IMG/VR virus record: IMGVR_UViG_3300009108_000480
Origin: a virus
Lineage: Duplodnaviria > Caudoviricetes
DNA: 64,000 bases
Strand: one strand, 5' to 3'
Below, piece by piece: positions 30,763 through 40,333 of this stretch. Within the stretch, counting starts at the first letter, position 1. Each line of letters starts with the position of its first letter. The translations under genes were made by a program, and so were the position numbers. The notes under the pieces are model-generated. The model was given only the letters and a program-made list of their open reading frames with translations, ran no database searches and was not told the DNA's origin.

Positions 30763-31344
30763 ATGAATATGCGATATTGTTTTCATCATATACCAAAAAC
30801 AGGTGGCAGTACATTAAAAGCAAGATTAAATCATCGAGCATCAATTGGACAAATAGATAAATTTTCATATGCAATAGGACATAATATAAGTGTATCCACA
30901 CCTGGTAAGCACTATACATTATTAAGAAATCCTTTACACAGAGATATATCACATTTCAATTATGATTTTAATAAAAAAGAAAGCATAGCAAACACATTTG
31001 AAGAAAGTTGTAATAAAATGCATGGCAATTTTATGGTACTTTGGTTATATTCAAACTATCTAAAACAGTCAACTAACATACCAATTGAAGAAAAATATAA
31101 ACAAGTACAAACAATACTAAAAAATAATTTTTTAAAAATTTTTAATGCTGATAAATTTGAAAACTCATGGAAAGAAATTACAAAAATATTAAACATCGAT
31201 GTTGAACCAAGACTAAATTCCAATATATCTAATATAGATTATAACAAAATTGCAAAATATGAAAATTTATCTAACAAATTTAAAAAATGGCACAAACAAT
31301 ATAACCAGTATGATTATCTTCTTCATGAAGAATTTTGTATGTAG
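30763..31344 (+). CDS. Sulfotransferase family protein (true start probably ATG 30769)
   Basis: 5'-PSB motif HIPKTGGSTL and 3'-PB-like TLLRNPLHRDISHFNY. Confidence 0.7.
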   Translation: MNMRYCFHHIPKTGGSTLKARLNHRASIGQIDKFSYAIGHNISVSTPGKHYTLLRNPLHRDISHFNYDFNKKESIANTFEESCNKMHGNFMVLWLYSNYLKQSTNIPIEEKYKQVQTILKNNFLKIFNADKFENSWKEITKILNIDVEPRLNSNISNIDYNKIAKYENLSNKFKKWHKQYNQYDYLLHEEFCM

Positions 31345-31463
31345 TTAAAGATTTTTTTCACTTCGAACGACTTACAATCCAAATAGCGTAATATAACTTT
31401 AACAATTGTCTTTCTAAATAATTCTAAGATTCGATAGAATCTTATTATCAAGGGAGGTCCAAT

Positions 31464-31697
31464 ATGGATATCATGGTAAAGGTAAAAGGATGGGCAAAAG
31501 GATTAGCTGATGTAGGCGTAAGTCTAATAGCATTAGGAATCGTTTTAGAAATTCTTTTTAATGGTCAAGGTGTTCCGTTCTGGCCACATATTTCTGTAAT
31601 AGGAAATGTTCAGGGCGTACTTGCTGGCTTTTCAGATCAAGGTTTGGTCGGATTAGTAGCAATTTGGATTTTATATCATATCTACAATCGAAAATAA
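31464..31697 (+). CDS. Small membrane protein (77 aa, two hydrophobic segments)
   Basis: SD GGGAGG; hydrophobic VGVSLIALGIVLEILF and GLVGLVAIWILYHIY; own TAAATA upstream and terminator downstream. Confidence 0.75.
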   Translation: MDIMVKVKGWAKGLADVGVSLIALGIVLEILFNGQGVPFWPHISVIGNVQGVLAGFSDQGLVGLVAIWILYHIYNRK

Positions 31698-31727
31698 TAT
31701 AATAATCTAGAAATACGTTAACCTCAG

Positions 31728-31769
31728 AGAGTGGTGTAACTACTTTTAATTTTACACCACTCTTTTTTT
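31728..31769 (+). terminator. Intrinsic terminator
   Basis: AGAGTGGTGTAA/TTACACCACTCT 12-bp stem followed by a T-run. Confidence 0.8.
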
Positions 31770-31791
31770 ATTTTTTTTCATAAATATATAC

Positions 31792-31872
31792 AGTTCAAAC
31801 AGAGCTCCACTCAAGTGGAGACTTATGCGGAATTAACCGCGTAGCGAGTAGAACTCGCATTAGGCTCTGAAC
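31792..31872 (+). ncRNA. Candidate cis-regulatory four-way-junction RNA leader
   Basis: Closing stem CAGAG/CTCTG encloses CTCCAC/GTGGAG, GCGG/CCGC and GCGAGT/ACTCGC; starts about 5 nt after TAAATA (31781-31786) and ends next to the SD AGGAG. Confidence 0.6.
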
Positions 31873-31884
31873 AGGAGAAAACAA

Positions 31885-32301
31885 ATGGGAAGACCAATCA
31901 AAAAAAGTAAATTTGTATCAAGTTTTGGTGGCACAACAGCGGCTAAAATTGCAGTAACTGGATATCGACCAAGTGGTGGATCTTTAGTTAGCTCATCTAT
32001 TGCATACATTGTATCTCAAAGAGGATCTAAATTATTCAAGATTCACTTAGAAGATTCAACTGAAGCAATTTATGAATTAAAAGCAGTAGCACCAGCATCG
32101 TTGGCAAATACATCCAACCAATTTTGTGTACAAATTACGCTAGATGACTCAACTGTGGCTTATGTAGAGAAATTCTACAATAACACAGTTCACTATGTTA
32201 CGGCGGCAGGCGCGGCTGGAACAGTTCCTTACACATTAGGAACTGATATCTCTGGCTCAATTGCGGCAGGTAAAGGTAATATAGACATAGTATCTGAGTA
32301 A
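31885..32301 (+). CDS. Probable virion structural protein (138 aa)
   Basis: Late promoter, SD AGGAG, Thr/Ser/Ala-rich, own terminator. Confidence 0.7.
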   Translation: MGRPIKKSKFVSSFGGTTAAKIAVTGYRPSGGSLVSSSIAYIVSQRGSKLFKIHLEDSTEAIYELKAVAPASLANTSNQFCVQITLDDSTVAYVEKFYNNTVHYVTAAGAAGTVPYTLGTDISGSIAAGKGNIDIVSE

Positions 32302-32332
32302 TAGTCACTAGACACGTGCTTATAAGAATATT

Positions 32333-32358
32333 GGGGGAGTTTAGGCTCCCCCTTTCTT
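32333..32358 (+). terminator. Intrinsic terminator
   Basis: GGGGGAG...CTCCCCC stem followed by TTTCTTT. Confidence 0.75.
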
Positions 32359-32376
32359 TATATAAATAATACTAAC

Positions 32377-33090
32377 ATGGCAAAAACTTTACGTACATCA
32401 GGTGATTACACCATTAAAACTGGCACAGGTGCTAGTGGGTCAAATTACGTTAATCTTGACTCAAGTAATACAAGAGTTATGGGTAATTTAATTGTTGATG
32501 GTACACGAACTGAATTGAATACATCAACTTTAAGCGTTGAAGATTCCTCATTACTTTTAAACAGAAATGCCTCAGGTGCTGATATTGACTCTGGTGTAAT
32601 GATAGAGCGAGATGGTTCTAATAATGCGGCATTCTACTGGAACGAAGGTGATGATACTTGGAGAGCAGTTACAACTTCGTCAGGACCAACAGCAACAGCA
32701 ATTGCCGATACAGCATTAGCAAAAATTCAGGTGGCGGAACCAGCGGCAAATTCAGATGCGGCTACAAAAAATTATGTAGATACCACAGCTAGTGGAGCCA
32801 TATTATCAGGTTCAACAAACAATCAGGTTACAACTGTAACAGGTGCGAATGCTATAACTGGTGAAGCAAATTTAACATTTGACGGAACAACTTTAGGGGT
32901 AACAGGTGTTATTGATGCTGATTATGTAAGAATTTTTGATAATGAAATTACAACAAATGCCACAGATGCCAATTTAGAAATTTCAGCTAATGGCTCTGGA
33001 AATGTGGTAATTAATGGCATCAATTTTTTGACATCTGGAGAAATGATAAGTAAGAGTAAGGCTACGGCATTAGCGATAGCATTAGGATAA
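32377..33090 (+). CDS. Fibre-like virion protein
   Basis: Shares GNLIVDGTRTELNTSTLSVED with ORF 42062 and AEPAA.SDA.TK.YVD with ORF 35378. Confidence 0.65.
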   Translation: MAKTLRTSGDYTIKTGTGASGSNYVNLDSSNTRVMGNLIVDGTRTELNTSTLSVEDSSLLLNRNASGADIDSGVMIERDGSNNAAFYWNEGDDTWRAVTTSSGPTATAIADTALAKIQVAEPAANSDAATKNYVDTTASGAILSGSTNNQVTTVTGANAITGEANLTFDGTTLGVTGVIDADYVRIFDNEITTNATDANLEISANGSGNVVINGINFLTSGEMISKSKATALAIALG

Positions 33091-33095
33091 AAAGT

Positions 33096-33413
33096 ATGGC
33101 AATAACAAATTTTCAAGTAGGAACCAGCGTTACAGCGGCTTTCACTGCTTCGGCGGCAGGAGGAACTGCGATTACAGTAATTTATATTACTAATAAAACT
33201 GACGGTGACGGAACAGTAGACGTTTACGTTACTCCAACTGGTGTATCAGCTACTGCAAATCATTTAGTATATTCACAATTAACTATTAAAGCTAGAGACA
33301 CTTACATACTTGATACAGAAAAAATGATTTTAGAAAATGGTGCAAAAATTTGGATTGCGGCACCAGATTCGGCGGCACAATTCAACGCAACAATCTCAAC
33401 TATAGAGTTATAA
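33096..33413 (+). CDS. Small beta-rich virion protein (105 aa)
   Basis: Co-oriented with fibre genes; Thr/Ala-rich. Confidence 0.65.
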   Translation: MAITNFQVGTSVTAAFTASAAGGTAITVIYITNKTDGDGTVDVYVTPTGVSATANHLVYSQLTIKARDTYILDTEKMILENGAKIWIAAPDSAAQFNATISTIEL

Positions 33414-33417
33414 TACC

Positions 33418-33885
33418 ATGGGTAGGTTTGCTAAAAATCCAGTAATAGGCGACAATGCTGTTGGAGTTACTATTCCAAATGTAACAACTACACAAAGACC
33501 TGCAGGTGTTAATGGACAATTAGTTTACAACACAACAACATCAACATATCAATCTTATATTGGTTCAGCATGGTACAATATGTCAACTGCGGCTGGCGAA
33601 AAAACAATTACAATAGATAAATTTCAAGGTGACGGAACAACTGTAACTTTTGGTGCAGGAGCAGGTAATACATTAGACGGATCTACTGGAGCAAGTTTTA
33701 CTCAAACTGTAAATAATGCAACAGATATTGTGGTTTTTGTTGGAGGTGTTTATCAAGTACCGACAACAAACTATACAGTATCAGGACAACAAATAACTTT
33801 TGGTTCTGCTCCACCGGCAAACGATGGTGCAACAAATGGTCATATAATTTCTATTATCCACGGATTACACAAATTAGGCGAGTAA
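33418..33885 (+). CDS. Fibre-associated virion protein (155 aa)
   Basis: TTTQRPAG and FQGDGTTVTF/VFVGGVYQ.P..NYT modules shared with ORFs 38329 and 40334. Confidence 0.65.
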   Translation: MGRFAKNPVIGDNAVGVTIPNVTTTQRPAGVNGQLVYNTTTSTYQSYIGSAWYNMSTAAGEKTITIDKFQGDGTTVTFGAGAGNTLDGSTGASFTQTVNNATDIVVFVGGVYQVPTTNYTVSGQQITFGSAPPANDGATNGHIISIIHGLHKLGE

Positions 33886-33886
33886 T

Positions 33887-34444
33887 ATGCCTACATTTCC
33901 TAACGGGCATTTCAATTGGCTTTGGCCTTACGTATCAACACAAACATTAAGAACTGCAATAGACATAGGCGGCCACTTAGGAAACTGGACATTAAATTGG
34001 CACCATAGAGTAAAAAAAATTGAAATATTTGAACCTAATCCCGATGTACTACCTAAACTCAAAAAAAATACTAATACATTAAAAAATTGCACTGTACATG
34101 AAGTTGCTTTAGGTGATACTCCTGGAAAAGTTTCTATGCAATATGAAACTCATCTAGGCACCTACCATATAAAAGATCATAATGGTTCTATTAATTTACA
34201 AACACTTGACAGTTATAATTTTCAAAACGTAGATATTATAAAAATAGATGTTGAAGGATTTGAAGTACCTGTGTTGGAAGGTGCAAAAGAAACAATTCTT
34301 TCTAACAAACCATGGATACAGATTGAAGCAAATCATACTGGAGAACGTTACGGTAGACCTAAAAAGAAAATACTTGAAAAGTTAACGGAATTTGGAATGA
34401 AACGAATTGCTAAAGAGTGGCCTGATCAAATTTGGAAATTTTAA
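33887..34444 (+). CDS. FkbM-family SAM-dependent methyltransferase
   Basis: IDIGGHLG, IFEP and IKIDVEGFE..VLEGA motifs. Confidence 0.85.
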   Translation: MPTFPNGHFNWLWPYVSTQTLRTAIDIGGHLGNWTLNWHHRVKKIEIFEPNPDVLPKLKKNTNTLKNCTVHEVALGDTPGKVSMQYETHLGTYHIKDHNGSINLQTLDSYNFQNVDIIKIDVEGFEVPVLEGAKETILSNKPWIQIEANHTGERYGRPKKKILEKLTEFGMKRIAKEWPDQIWKF

Positions 34445-34447
34445 ATT

Positions 34448-35314
34448 TTATTGAATAATTCCAAAAGGACGCCAGTTACCTGGTTTTCCACCATTAACAC
34501 ATACCCAACCAACTGGTTTATTAATTGAGGGCTTTTCATTCCACACAATTGATCCTGTGTTCCAACGACCTTCGCGAGGATGTTTCTCTCCTGCGGCAAA
34601 TGTTCTTTCAGCAAATTTAATATTGCCATCAACTTCTAATGCTTCTCCTGGATATTTGACACCAACACCAAGTTGACCATACACAGATAATTTAACAGGC
34701 TTACCTGTTTCTGATCCAACTACTACATCACCATTAGCACGACAAGTTAATCTTGGCGTAAAATCTGTACCAATAGCAAATGCAACGTGAGTATGTGTTC
34801 CAACAAATGCATTCGCTTCTTGCATAGTTGTAAGAATTTCATAACCACCTGAATTTACTGAAAAGTCTGCCGATGGTGCAGTTGTGTTTACTCCTACTCT
34901 TCCATCTGCAACATATAAAACATTTCTTACTTGTAAATTTTTAAGTATACCTAACTCTTGCAAATAACTTTTTCTAACAGATTTTCCTAACGATTCTTTC
35001 CAAATTACTTCATTATGATTAACCATAATTGCATCTTGTACATTTAATTTTGGAACTGATGCTTGTACATATTGTAAATTTTCTACCTTTACTGTACCTT
35101 TAATGTGTAAATCTTTTGCAACTTCAACATAGTCGTCTTTAACTATAATTTGTGTTTCATTTGATTCATCTTTAATACCTGTTGATGTAAAGTTTGTAAT
35201 TGTTCCCCCATCAATAACATCACCTGATACAGAATTTTTTTTGAAATCAACTTGTGATACTCTTACCGTAGATTCAGAAACTTTTTCAATTTTATTAAGG
35301 GGTAATAGTGTCAT
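34448..35314 (-). CDS. Fibre-like structural protein (288 aa)
   Basis: RVGVNTTAP and LGVGVKYP...LEVDGNIKF fibre-type repeats; TAAATA at 35323-35328. Confidence 0.6.
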   Translation of the reverse strand: MTLLPLNKIEKVSESTVRVSQVDFKKNSVSGDVIDGGTITNFTSTGIKDESNETQIIVKDDYVEVAKDLHIKGTVKVENLQYVQASVPKLNVQDAIMVNHNEVIWKESLGKSVRKSYLQELGILKNLQVRNVLYVADGRVGVNTTAPSADFSVNSGGYEILTTMQEANAFVGTHTHVAFAIGTDFTPRLTCRANGDVVVGSETGKPVKLSVYGQLGVGVKYPGEALEVDGNIKFAERTFAAGEKHPREGRWNTGSIVWNEKPSINKPVGWVCVNGGKPGNWRPFGIIQ

Positions 35315-35377
35315 ATAATGATTATTTAGTGCGGGTTATCTACCGTACGAATAATTGGTAAATATTGATGTAGTATT

Positions 35378-38329
35378 ATGGCAATAACAAAGATAGCAGG
35401 AGAATTATTAGAATCTAATCTAATCCGTTCTACGGATCTAACATTTAATACAGATTTATTAGTGGTAGATGTAGCTAACGGTAGGATTGGTATAGGTACG
35501 GCTAGTCCTGGTAATTTTAAATTAGACGTTACTGGTAATGCTAGAATCACAGGTGACCTTACAGTTGAAGGTACAACAACCACAGTAGACTCACAAAATT
35601 TATCTATAGAAGACAACATGATTGTCTTAAACAGTTCAGGATCAATAGGACATAATTCAGGAGTAATGATTAACAGAGGTGGAGCAGGCAATAATGCAGT
35701 AATGTATTGGGATGAATCTATAGACAAATTTAAATTTGGAACAACAACAGCTGATGGTTCTACAACAGACGATTTTGCATCAGCACTAGCAAAATTACAA
35801 ATTGGTGAACCAGCGGCAGATTCAGATGCATCAACTAAAAAATATGTAGATGATTCAATTACAACAGTAAGTTCATCTATACCATCATCGGGTGGAGCTT
35901 TAACTTTAGGCCTACCAACAGATTCAAGTTTTGGTGATGGCTCATTTACACTTAACAATGCTGGTACAGTTGTAGATGCAATTGATGATTTAAATGAAGT
36001 AACAGAAAATATTAGATTAAATTATTATGTAAAAAGTGTAACGTTTACAGCAGATACAACAGCGGCTGGTTCAGGTACAACAATAACATTAACAATTTCA
36101 ACAGTAGGTGGAGGTGCAGACAGATATACAATTACTTGGGGTGACGGAAATACAACAACAGGTACATCTGATTCAACACCATCTCACACTTATACAGCAA
36201 CTGGTACCATGTCGGTTACTGTAAAAGCATATGCCAACGGTGCAGTAACAGATTCATCAGGATCACACGCATCATCTACAAGATCAAATTATATTACAAT
36301 TTACACAGCAACACCTGTTGTAGATTTTGAATTATATGATGTTAGTTCAGGTGGTTCAGCATTAACCGGAAACAATTTATGGGTAGTTGAAGGACAAACA
36401 AGATACATGAAAAATTTAACAACAAATACTTTAGCAGGTGCGGCCACAGTAGCATACGATATGACATGGGGTGACGGTACTGCAGATGAAACTATTGGAG
36501 ACGGTGCAGTTGCAGGTGGATCGCAAGAAGATAGTGGAACATATCTATCACATACTTGGGGAGCAGGTACACATAGCAGTACAGGACAAGACACATTAAT
36601 ATTAGAATTAGATACACACAGTACAGCCAATCCAGCAGATATTCCAGCAACAGAAACAAAATCTAACTTTTTAAAAGTTTATGATGACGCTCCTTCGGCG
36701 CCAAATCATTTAGGTTCAAAAACAATAGCCATGAACGCAACAACAGGAACAAGTCCAAAACTTTGTTCTGGATTTAGTGAAAACGTATCAGGCTCTCCAA
36801 CTTATTCAGCAGGAGATTCTGTTAACAGAATTACAACAGTTGATCCTGTTAGAACTGCATCACAATCAACTTATTGTTACAATGCCGCGGCCGGCACATT
36901 AACAGCATACGTAAACGGAAGTGCTGATGGAGCCATTTCATTAGGTGCTGGTGACCAAAGTGGTACAGCAACAAGTTTAACAATAGAATCAGAAAGTGAT
37001 TATAATTTATTAGATGCAACAGGAGCCGCTACTTCTTTTGCAACAAGCATTTATTATCCAAATCTTTATAGTGGATTTAAAGCTATTGTTAGTAAAGCAA
37101 CAAGCGGAATTAGTACAGGTGTAAACAGTTTTCAATTACAACACACATTAGGTAATACAAACGTTTTAGAATTTGTAAAAGATAATGTAACTGCAACACC
37201 TACTTCATCAATTGGAACCGTTTCACAAAGTGCGGCAGGAAATTTAAAATATGTTTCTGGAATCCCATATTACAATGATGGTTCACCTAGTTTATCGGTA
37301 GCAGGATCAACAATTACAAACTTTACAGGACAATGTTATCAAGACACATCGTCACCAGTTGAAATAGATCCAGGTACTAACTTAGAAAGTACATCTGGAC
37401 ACGTTATTGCCAATTTAGATTTTACATATGCAACTATTGGTGACGGTTCAACTACTGTTCCAGCAGTAAATCTTGGAGTAGGTAGTGCATACACACTTGC
37501 CACTCTTACAGTACCTCTTTTAAGTACTCAAAGACGTTCAATTCAACAAATTAAAATGAGAGCAAAGAACTGTAATGGAAATGGTTCTTATTCAGAAAGT
37601 TCAACAAAAATTCAAATGTATAGCAATACCCGTTTAGCACTAGACAACGAAAGTGCTGAAGGTTCACAAGCGGGAGTTATAGCAGTATCAGATTCTTTAG
37701 GGGCAACGTTTGATGACGATGCCGTTAGAATTGCAGGGTTCGGTGCCTTGTCAAGTGACAATCCATCACTATTTGATTCATCTAATGCCAATTACTACAC
37801 AGATTCAGCATGGTCTGGAGCGGTTACTGTGGCGGGCACCAACGAAGCAATATCAAGATTTGGAACAATTAAACACTTTACAACAGATTTAAGTAGTGGT
37901 TATCTTCCAGCCGGACCGGACTTAAATACCGGCAGGTCAGGAGCTCAGTATTATACTTTTGCATTTAGACGAGCAACAGTTTCACAATTTTCAATTACAA
38001 TGTCAGGCAAAGTATCTGGTATGTGGATTAATCTTCCAGGTGCTTCAACTGACACAACAGCATCTCCAACTAATGGTTGGTTAGATTGTTCAACACAATA
38101 CAATGGTTCTGGAGTTCCAGGAACAGGTGTAGGAGGAAACGGAAGTGCTGGAGTGGCAAAAACAGGTGGCGATAGAGTAGTTGATAATACAACTTATTCA
38201 TCAGAACAATTTACATTTACACTTGGTACAGAAAGTATGTCTAATTCAACAGGTAACAATTGTTTAGTAAGAATTTTATTAAATTCTGGCGATAGCATAA
38301 CAGCATTGTCAGTAGGAGTAGCAGAATAA
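35378..38329 (+). CDS. Large fibre/spike protein with PKD-like domains (983 aa)
   Basis: Shared fibre N-terminus; two TWGDG motifs with PSHTY/LSHTW (PKD-like); Thr/Ser/Gly-rich. Confidence 0.7.
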   Translation: MAITKIAGELLESNLIRSTDLTFNTDLLVVDVANGRIGIGTASPGNFKLDVTGNARITGDLTVEGTTTTVDSQNLSIEDNMIVLNSSGSIGHNSGVMINRGGAGNNAVMYWDESIDKFKFGTTTADGSTTDDFASALAKLQIGEPAADSDASTKKYVDDSITTVSSSIPSSGGALTLGLPTDSSFGDGSFTLNNAGTVVDAIDDLNEVTENIRLNYYVKSVTFTADTTAAGSGTTITLTISTVGGGADRYTITWGDGNTTTGTSDSTPSHTYTATGTMSVTVKAYANGAVTDSSGSHASSTRSNYITIYTATPVVDFELYDVSSGGSALTGNNLWVVEGQTRYMKNLTTNTLAGAATVAYDMTWGDGTADETIGDGAVAGGSQEDSGTYLSHTWGAGTHSSTGQDTLILELDTHSTANPADIPATETKSNFLKVYDDAPSAPNHLGSKTIAMNATTGTSPKLCSGFSENVSGSPTYSAGDSVNRITTVDPVRTASQSTYCYNAAAGTLTAYVNGSADGAISLGAGDQSGTATSLTIESESDYNLLDATGAATSFATSIYYPNLYSGFKAIVSKATSGISTGVNSFQLQHTLGNTNVLEFVKDNVTATPTSSIGTVSQSAAGNLKYVSGIPYYNDGSPSLSVAGSTITNFTGQCYQDTSSPVEIDPGTNLESTSGHVIANLDFTYATIGDGSTTVPAVNLGVGSAYTLATLTVPLLSTQRRSIQQIKMRAKNCNGNGSYSESSTKIQMYSNTRLALDNESAEGSQAGVIAVSDSLGATFDDDAVRIAGFGALSSDNPSLFDSSNANYYTDSAWSGAVTVAGTNEAISRFGTIKHFTTDLSSGYLPAGPDLNTGRSGAQYYTFAFRRATVSQFSITMSGKVSGMWINLPGASTDTTASPTNGWLDCSTQYNGSGVPGTGVGGNGSAGVAKTGGDRVVDNTTYSSEQFTFTLGTESMSNSTGNNCLVRILLNSGDSITALSVGVAE

Positions 38330-39357
38330 TGGCAATAACAGACGCAAAAAAAGTAGATTATCTTTGGAAGAAATTAGGTTATGGTACAACTAAAACTGAC
38401 ACCAATGCTAATAAGGCGGCACCTAATGAAGCCATTGCATCTCCATTATTATTAAGAGGTGATAAAGTTTGGAACCAAGCAAACGGAATTCCAACAACAA
38501 TGCCAGGATCAAGTGCAGATGTTGTAACAGTTTATCCTACAGGTACTCCAACTGAAGCAACAGAAGATAATACAGCAACAGCAAGTAGATCATGGAAAAC
38601 AAATTTAACAGATTGGATTCCACCAGAATTTGGTGCAACATATGGAGTTATAGTTTATATTCACACATCATCTGATGCGGGTAATGCCGCTTCGGGTGGA
38701 ACTAGAGTATTTGCCGCAGGTTCAGGTAACAATGATGAATTCTTTTTTGATTATCAATCTGGTGTATTGCACTTTATCGGTACTAACTTACCTAACGGTG
38801 TTTCGTTTTCAGGCAAATCAGTTTATGTTTCTGGTGCAAGATATACAGGAACAATTGGTGTTGCAAGTTTAAAAGCAGATACAGGTAATTTTACACTTTC
38901 AGGATCTACAATAAACCAAGATGTTACAAATGCTGATTTTACATTAGGTACATCAGGTACAGGAAAATATCTATTCAGCTCTGATACTGGTATTGTTTTA
39001 CCTACAGGTACTACTGCACAACGTCCAACAGCTGAACAAGGTGTAATGAGATTCAATACTACAACTGGAAAATATGAAGTATCTCAAGATGGTTCTACTT
39101 GGACAAATTTAAAAACAGATCAAACTGAACAAGATATTACAAAAGATGTAATAACTGGCGATGGCTCAACTACTAGTTTCGCAACAATGACTAAATCGCC
39201 TGCAGATGCTAAAAATATTATTGTCTATATGGATGGTGTAATGCAAGAAGCCACACAAAATTATACTATAAGTGGTAACACTCTTACATTTGGTGAAGCA
39301 CCACACGCCTCAGCACGAATAGTTGTAATGCATGGATTTGCAGAAGAACCTGTTTAA
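38329..39357 (+). CDS. Fibre-associated virion protein (342 aa)
   Basis: TAATG coupling; LPTGTTAQRP and GDGSTTSF/VYMDGVMQ modules. Confidence 0.7.
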   Translation: MAITDAKKVDYLWKKLGYGTTKTDTNANKAAPNEAIASPLLLRGDKVWNQANGIPTTMPGSSADVVTVYPTGTPTEATEDNTATASRSWKTNLTDWIPPEFGATYGVIVYIHTSSDAGNAASGGTRVFAAGSGNNDEFFFDYQSGVLHFIGTNLPNGVSFSGKSVYVSGARYTGTIGVASLKADTGNFTLSGSTINQDVTNADFTLGTSGTGKYLFSSDTGIVLPTGTTAQRPTAEQGVMRFNTTTGKYEVSQDGSTWTNLKTDQTEQDITKDVITGDGSTTSFATMTKSPADAKNIIVYMDGVMQEATQNYTISGNTLTFGEAPHASARIVVMHGFAEEPV

Positions 39358-39719
39358 TCTATTGTAACACCAGTTGATGTATAAACAACATTAAAATTTT
39401 GTAATTGTCCAGTAATAATATTCATTATATCTAATTCTGCAACAATTTCCCACTCAAATTCGGGTTGCCTTATAATAAAATCATAAACATCTTGACCTGA
39501 TTCAAACCAAAGTCTAATACCTGTCATTGAATGATTATTATCAATATAAAAAGATTTACGACAAACAATTTTTAATACGTTCGAAACTTTTTCTCTAAAA
39601 CGATTCATTTGTTCTACAAGATCTGGACGTTCTGTTAACGTTTCTACTGAACGATTACGACATATAGCCGGCCATCTTAATTTTAAACTATATTTGTAAA
39701 ATTTATTTTCTGGCATCAA
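39354..39719 (-). CDS. Hypothetical protein (121 aa)
   Basis: ORF overlapping the upstream minus-strand gene; no motif recognised. Confidence 0.55.
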   Translation of the reverse strand: MMPENKFYKYSLKLRWPAICRNRSVETLTERPDLVEQMNRFREKVSNVLKIVCRKSFYIDNNHSMTGIRLWFESGQDVYDFIIRQPEFEWEIVAELDIMNIITGQLQNFNVVYTSTGVTID

Positions 39720-40239
39720 TTACTTCCTGATATTTTATATACGTATCACAAAAACAATTGTCTAACTCATCTAATTTCTTTATACGTGGACTACAAATAT
39801 TTGCAAATCTTATGTCTGGATTGGATATTATAATACTTTTTAATCTTGTAAGTTCTATTGGATTATTCAAATCATAACCTAATAAAAATATAACTTTTGG
39901 TTTAAGATATACTGCTAACATTAATGATAAGCATTGTGGAGTACAATTATTGGGATTAATTTCTAATGTTTTTATACCAGGAAACTCGGGTAAACAAGTT
40001 ACTTCATTAAAAAATATATATTTCTTAAACAGCTCTTCTGGAACAAGTATGTTAGTACCTTGAAAATTAGCCGAATTTAACATATCTTGTAAAATTGTCT
40101 CTGAATTACAGGTTGCATATGCAAAATTAATACTTTTATTACTATTAGCTGATGCTATTACAGGGCCTATATGCATGGATTCATGCAAATCAAAGCCAAT
40201 TGGCAGATTTCCAACGATTGTTACGTAATTATTTTTCAT
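39703..40239 (-). CDS. Hypothetical protein, distantly like ORF 25989
   Basis: N-terminal TIVGN and KVIFLLGYD motif; TAAATA at 40250-40255. Confidence 0.55.
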   Translation of the reverse strand: MKNNYVTIVGNLPIGFDLHESMHIGPVIASANSNKSINFAYATCNSETILQDMLNSANFQGTNILVPEELFKKYIFFNEVTCLPEFPGIKTLEINPNNCTPQCLSLMLAVYLKPKVIFLLGYDLNNPIELTRLKSIIISNPDIRFANICSPRIKKLDELDNCFCDTYIKYQEVIDARK

Positions 40240-40333
40240 TATGTTAAGGTATTTAACGACACGATTATAGACAAATCAAATAAATATCAATAGTTTTGCA
40301 AAAACAATTATCGATAATTAAGGGGAAAACAAC

